A stretch of 63,719 bases of DNA, filler included, from Mitosporidium daphniae (Eukaryota): assembly GCF_000760515.2 (NCBI RefSeq). It is 6 parts of 6 records of this genome, joined end to end, with 100 filler letters (N's around TTAATTAATTAA, not from the genome) between each part and the next. Parts side by side here need not be neighbours in the genome. Positions count along the whole stretch, not along the records: positions 53,418 to 63,719 come from NW_013546685.1; 5 more parts are not named here. One strand, 5' to 3'. The notes beneath the pieces are model-generated. The model saw only the letters and a program-made list of their open reading frames with translations. It searched no databases and was not told the DNA's origin. A program made the position numbers and the translations under genes. This document shows positions 60,650 through 63,719 of this stretch, in pieces (positions within the stretch are counted from its first letter, which is position 1; each line of letters begins with the position of its first letter).

Positions 60650-61318
60650 ATGTGTCTGTTACTTTCCAGGCTACGAGGCCCACTGTCAAAAGGTTTTGAG
60701 AATAGGTTCTTTTCTTCTTTTCTAATTCCATATGTGATCGAAAATTTACCTGGTGGGGGTGAAAGAGCATATGATATATATTCTCGCTTGCTAAGAGACA
60801 GAATCATATGCCTGCATTCTCAGGTGAATTCCCAGGTAGCCTCGTCGATCATTGCACAGCTTCTATTTTTAGAGGGAGAAAATAATGAACGCCCCATCCA
60901 TCTATATATAAACAGCCCAGGTGGTTCTGTCACGGATGGACTAGCAATTTACGATACAATGCAACTTATAAAGGCGCCCGTCTATACAATTGCTATGGGC
61001 ATGGCAGCATCAATGGGTTCCTTCTTGTTAGCTGCTGGTGCCCCAGGCCATAGGAAAGCGCTGCCAAATTCAAGGATTATGGTACACCAGCCCTCAGGCG
61101 GTGCAACAGGACCAGCGGCAGACATTGAGATCGCCGCCAAGGAAATCCTGCGTCTGAGAACGCTTCTCAATGAGATATACGCTCGACACACGGGGCAATC
61201 TCTTTCCACTATTGAGAGAGCACTCGATCGCGATCGGTATATGACCCCGGAAGAGGCTGCCGGATTCGGTCTCATCGATGGAGTGCTTAATGCAACACCC
61301 TCGAGACAAATATTATAA
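60650..61318 (+). CDS. CLPP: Mitochondrial ClpP protease subunit
   Basis: [30 protein letters not shown] and DRDRYM. Confidence 0.95.
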   Translation: MCLLLSRLRGPLSKGFENRFFSSFLIPYVIENLPGGGERAYDIYSRLLRDRIICLHSQVNSQVASSIIAQLLFLEGENNERPIHLYINSPGGSVTDGLAIYDTMQLIKAPVYTIAMGMAASMGSFLLAAGAPGHRKALPNSRIMVHQPSGGATGPAADIEIAAKEILRLRTLLNEIYARHTGQSLSTIERALDRDRYMTPEEAAGFGLIDGVLNATPSRQIL

Positions 61319-61500
61319 AATATAATCCCTTTTGGGCATACTTTTCACAATATCGTCTGGTAATTTCTTCGCATATGTATGGAAAGGAGTAATAGCAATT
61401 TTGCACGTTTACAAAAAGAAATTTATCATTTCCTTGACACTAAAATTACAATTTAGCCGAGGAAAAATAATAGGCCAAGTAACTTTATAAATTAACAGAG

Positions 61501-62793
61501 CTACACAATATCAACATGGGAGCGATAAAACTGTTGGGAAGGATTTATATTATGAGTTGCTTCCCTGGCAACGTCTGTTTGAATTCCATTGTCCTCATAA
61601 CCTAGAGGTAGAATAGATGTGGTTATAGGGGTCTATGAGCTAAGAGAAACAGTTGTACCTTCAACATTCGCCCCTTTCTCTGCTTCAGATGCAGTTTGGT
61701 CAATGCTATATCGAGTACCTGCACAGTTGAAATCATGATAGCATCTGTCTGCTGCCGCTGTTTGTTCAAAAGTTGAATTATCTGGAGTCTTTTTTCTCGA
61801 CAAATTAAAAGAATCCTTTAAAAATTCTTGCACAAGCATGCCAGTCGCTAAAATTCCTCTCGAAACCCCTAGTGGGGCTGTAATATTATTAGAAAGATGA
61901 GATAAAGATACATTTAAGGAGTTGGCTGTGTATTCCCCTTCAATAACCGACATCGCCCTGGTGTTAGCAGGGAATATGCCAGCGTACTCTATCTCTCTTG
62001 AGTGTCCGAGGACGGAAAAGTATTGCTGACCAAGGGCAAAAGAGATAGAATTCAACAGAGGCTATAAAAATTTGACACAAAAGGTTACCTGTGGAGGCGC
62101 GGTAATATTAGTTTTTTGTGGAGAGCTTGTGAACACATCTGTGCTTTTAAAATTTTCCTTTTCATTGTAAAAAGGCACCGAAGTTGGCATCGAAGAATAG
62201 GGAACGTACTCCGGATTTGGTAAAGATAGTGGGAAAGGAGAAAGAAACGTCTTCTTAGTAAGCGGATCAACAATTTGGTACAAAGGTGGGGCCGTGGTAA
62301 TAAATGCAGCTGTATCCTGGGGCATTAAATTTGCCTCTGCGGGTATGGTAAGGCACGGGTTTAACGGATAAAAGGCAGGCTGGAGGGAATTTGGCGATAT
62401 CAGCAAAGTAGTAGGCGCAAAATGTTTATGAGAAAATTTGGATATAGTTTCAGAAAAATGTCCATCTTGGCCAGTCGGAGGCATATGGGGAACGGATAGC
62501 AACTCTGTGTGAAATGGAGAATGGTTATCAAAGTCATTGGCGTTGGAAAATGGAGGTGAAGAATTTATATCAAAAATATTGGAATTTGAGGTCTCCGCAG
62601 AAAATGCGGAGATTAAATCTGTTGTACACATGCTCCGCCGGATGCCACTTGGCTGCGACTTTGAGCGTGATTTTTTAGGCGTGTAGTGGCAAAGCTCGGC
62701 CACGCTGGCCTTGATGCATCTCGAACATGGGGTTTTGTGGTTGCAGCTTTGATGCTTTTCACGACAGCGATCACAAGCATACCCGAAAATCAT
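61501..62793 (-). CDS. Zn(II)2Cys6 fungal-type transcription factor, 3 exons
   Basis: ACDRCREKHQSCNHKTPCSRCIKASVAELC. Confidence 0.8.
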
Positions 62794-63331
62794 CAAATCT
62801 TTGTCGAGGTGAGCGCAACAGGAGGGATGAGCCTATCGGACTTCGGGTAAAGAATAATTAACTAAAATGATGCGATTTATTTGTGATAACGACGAATAAA
62901 ACTTGATTTAATTTGAATAACATTGGGGTGGTCTTTAAACCTCGTAAACATTTGCACTCAACATGTGAAGAAACACTTGTTATTTTGATGCCGTTTTAAT
63001 AATTTGCCAGGCAGCAGCAAGCGGCCAATTTTGAAAGTAAAATTAACTCATGCTCGCCACGCGAATGCATCCTGGCCCCCTCTGAATTTTAAAGCCTCTG
63101 AATATTATTTAAGGATGCTCGGATGCATCATAATTTCTCGTCAAAAAAGCAGCCAAGCTAACACAAGTTCTCCATCATTAATTCTTAATGTGATTTATTA
63201 ATAGCAGTTACACCTCTCTCCATCGGTTTCTTCGCCAAAAGAATCTTTTTCGAAATTGGCTTTGAAAGTATCTAGATATTCGGTCCCTGCGTGCTTCTGG
63301 AAAAAGGAAGTGCCGCTCAACTCTAAAGGAC

Positions 63332-63719
63332 ATCCTTCGACTTCTTCATTGTCAGAATCAAATGAAGACTCATCATCTTCAATTGCTTTTGAAGAGATAA
63401 TAAAGGAATAATCAGTTTCACAATTTTCTGAAGATATTATATTATAAGTATTTTGGAAAAGACAAAACGGCTCTTTGCTGATCATATCACCAGTGGAAAA
63501 GGAATTTTTTTCCAAGTCATCGGTGAAATTGTAAGTTAAGTCATCAGTGGAATTGCAAGTTAAATCATCTTTAAGCTCTAAATTGAAGTCTTTGCCAAAA
63601 TACTTATAATATAATATCTTCAGAAAATTGTGAAACTGATTATTCCTTTATTATCTCTTCAAAAGCAATTGAAGATGATGAGTCTTCATTTGATTCTGAC
63701 AATGAAGAAGTCGAAGGAT
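63332..63719. repeat. Perfect 125-bp inverted repeat at the contig end
   Basis: 63332-63456 is the exact reverse complement of 63595-63719. Confidence 0.9.

Overview
Eukaryotic, highly compacted genomic DNA. The window is six unrelated contigs (10827, 10752, 10462, 10438, 10438 and 10302 bp, in descending size) joined by artificial 100-nt N/TTAATTAATTAA/N linkers, so adjacency across linkers has no meaning. About 45 protein genes are packed with intergenic gaps often under 100 bp, and many are split by tiny (mostly 23-35 nt) GT-AG introns with degenerate 5' sites. The gene set is fungal-like (Zn2Cys6 factor, mL57, Get5-like) but also includes Tubby, a Na+/K+-type P2C ATPase, HP1 and a Treslin-like protein. 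It retains respiration (COX5B, ATP synthase d, SURF1, mitochondrial MDH, IleRS, ClpP) and peroxisomal import (PEX5). By inference this fits an early-branching Rozellomycota/short-branch microsporidian parasite (Mitosporidium-like); this is not verified. Most notable: (1) two signal-peptide-bearing divergent kinases (candidate secreted effectors), one split by a -1 frameshift; (2) a ~2000-aa secreted Cys-rich EGF-like protein and the P2C ATPase, each interrupted by a single in-frame TAA; (3) a PP4 intron made of two back-to-back mini-introns (AG|GT); (4) an MDH with both a mitochondrial presequence and a -SKL PTS1; (5) a structured intergenic region next to a telomere-template-like CCCTAACCCTAA. 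No CRISPR, tRNA, rRNA or recognisable transposon was found. Exon boundaries were called by eye.
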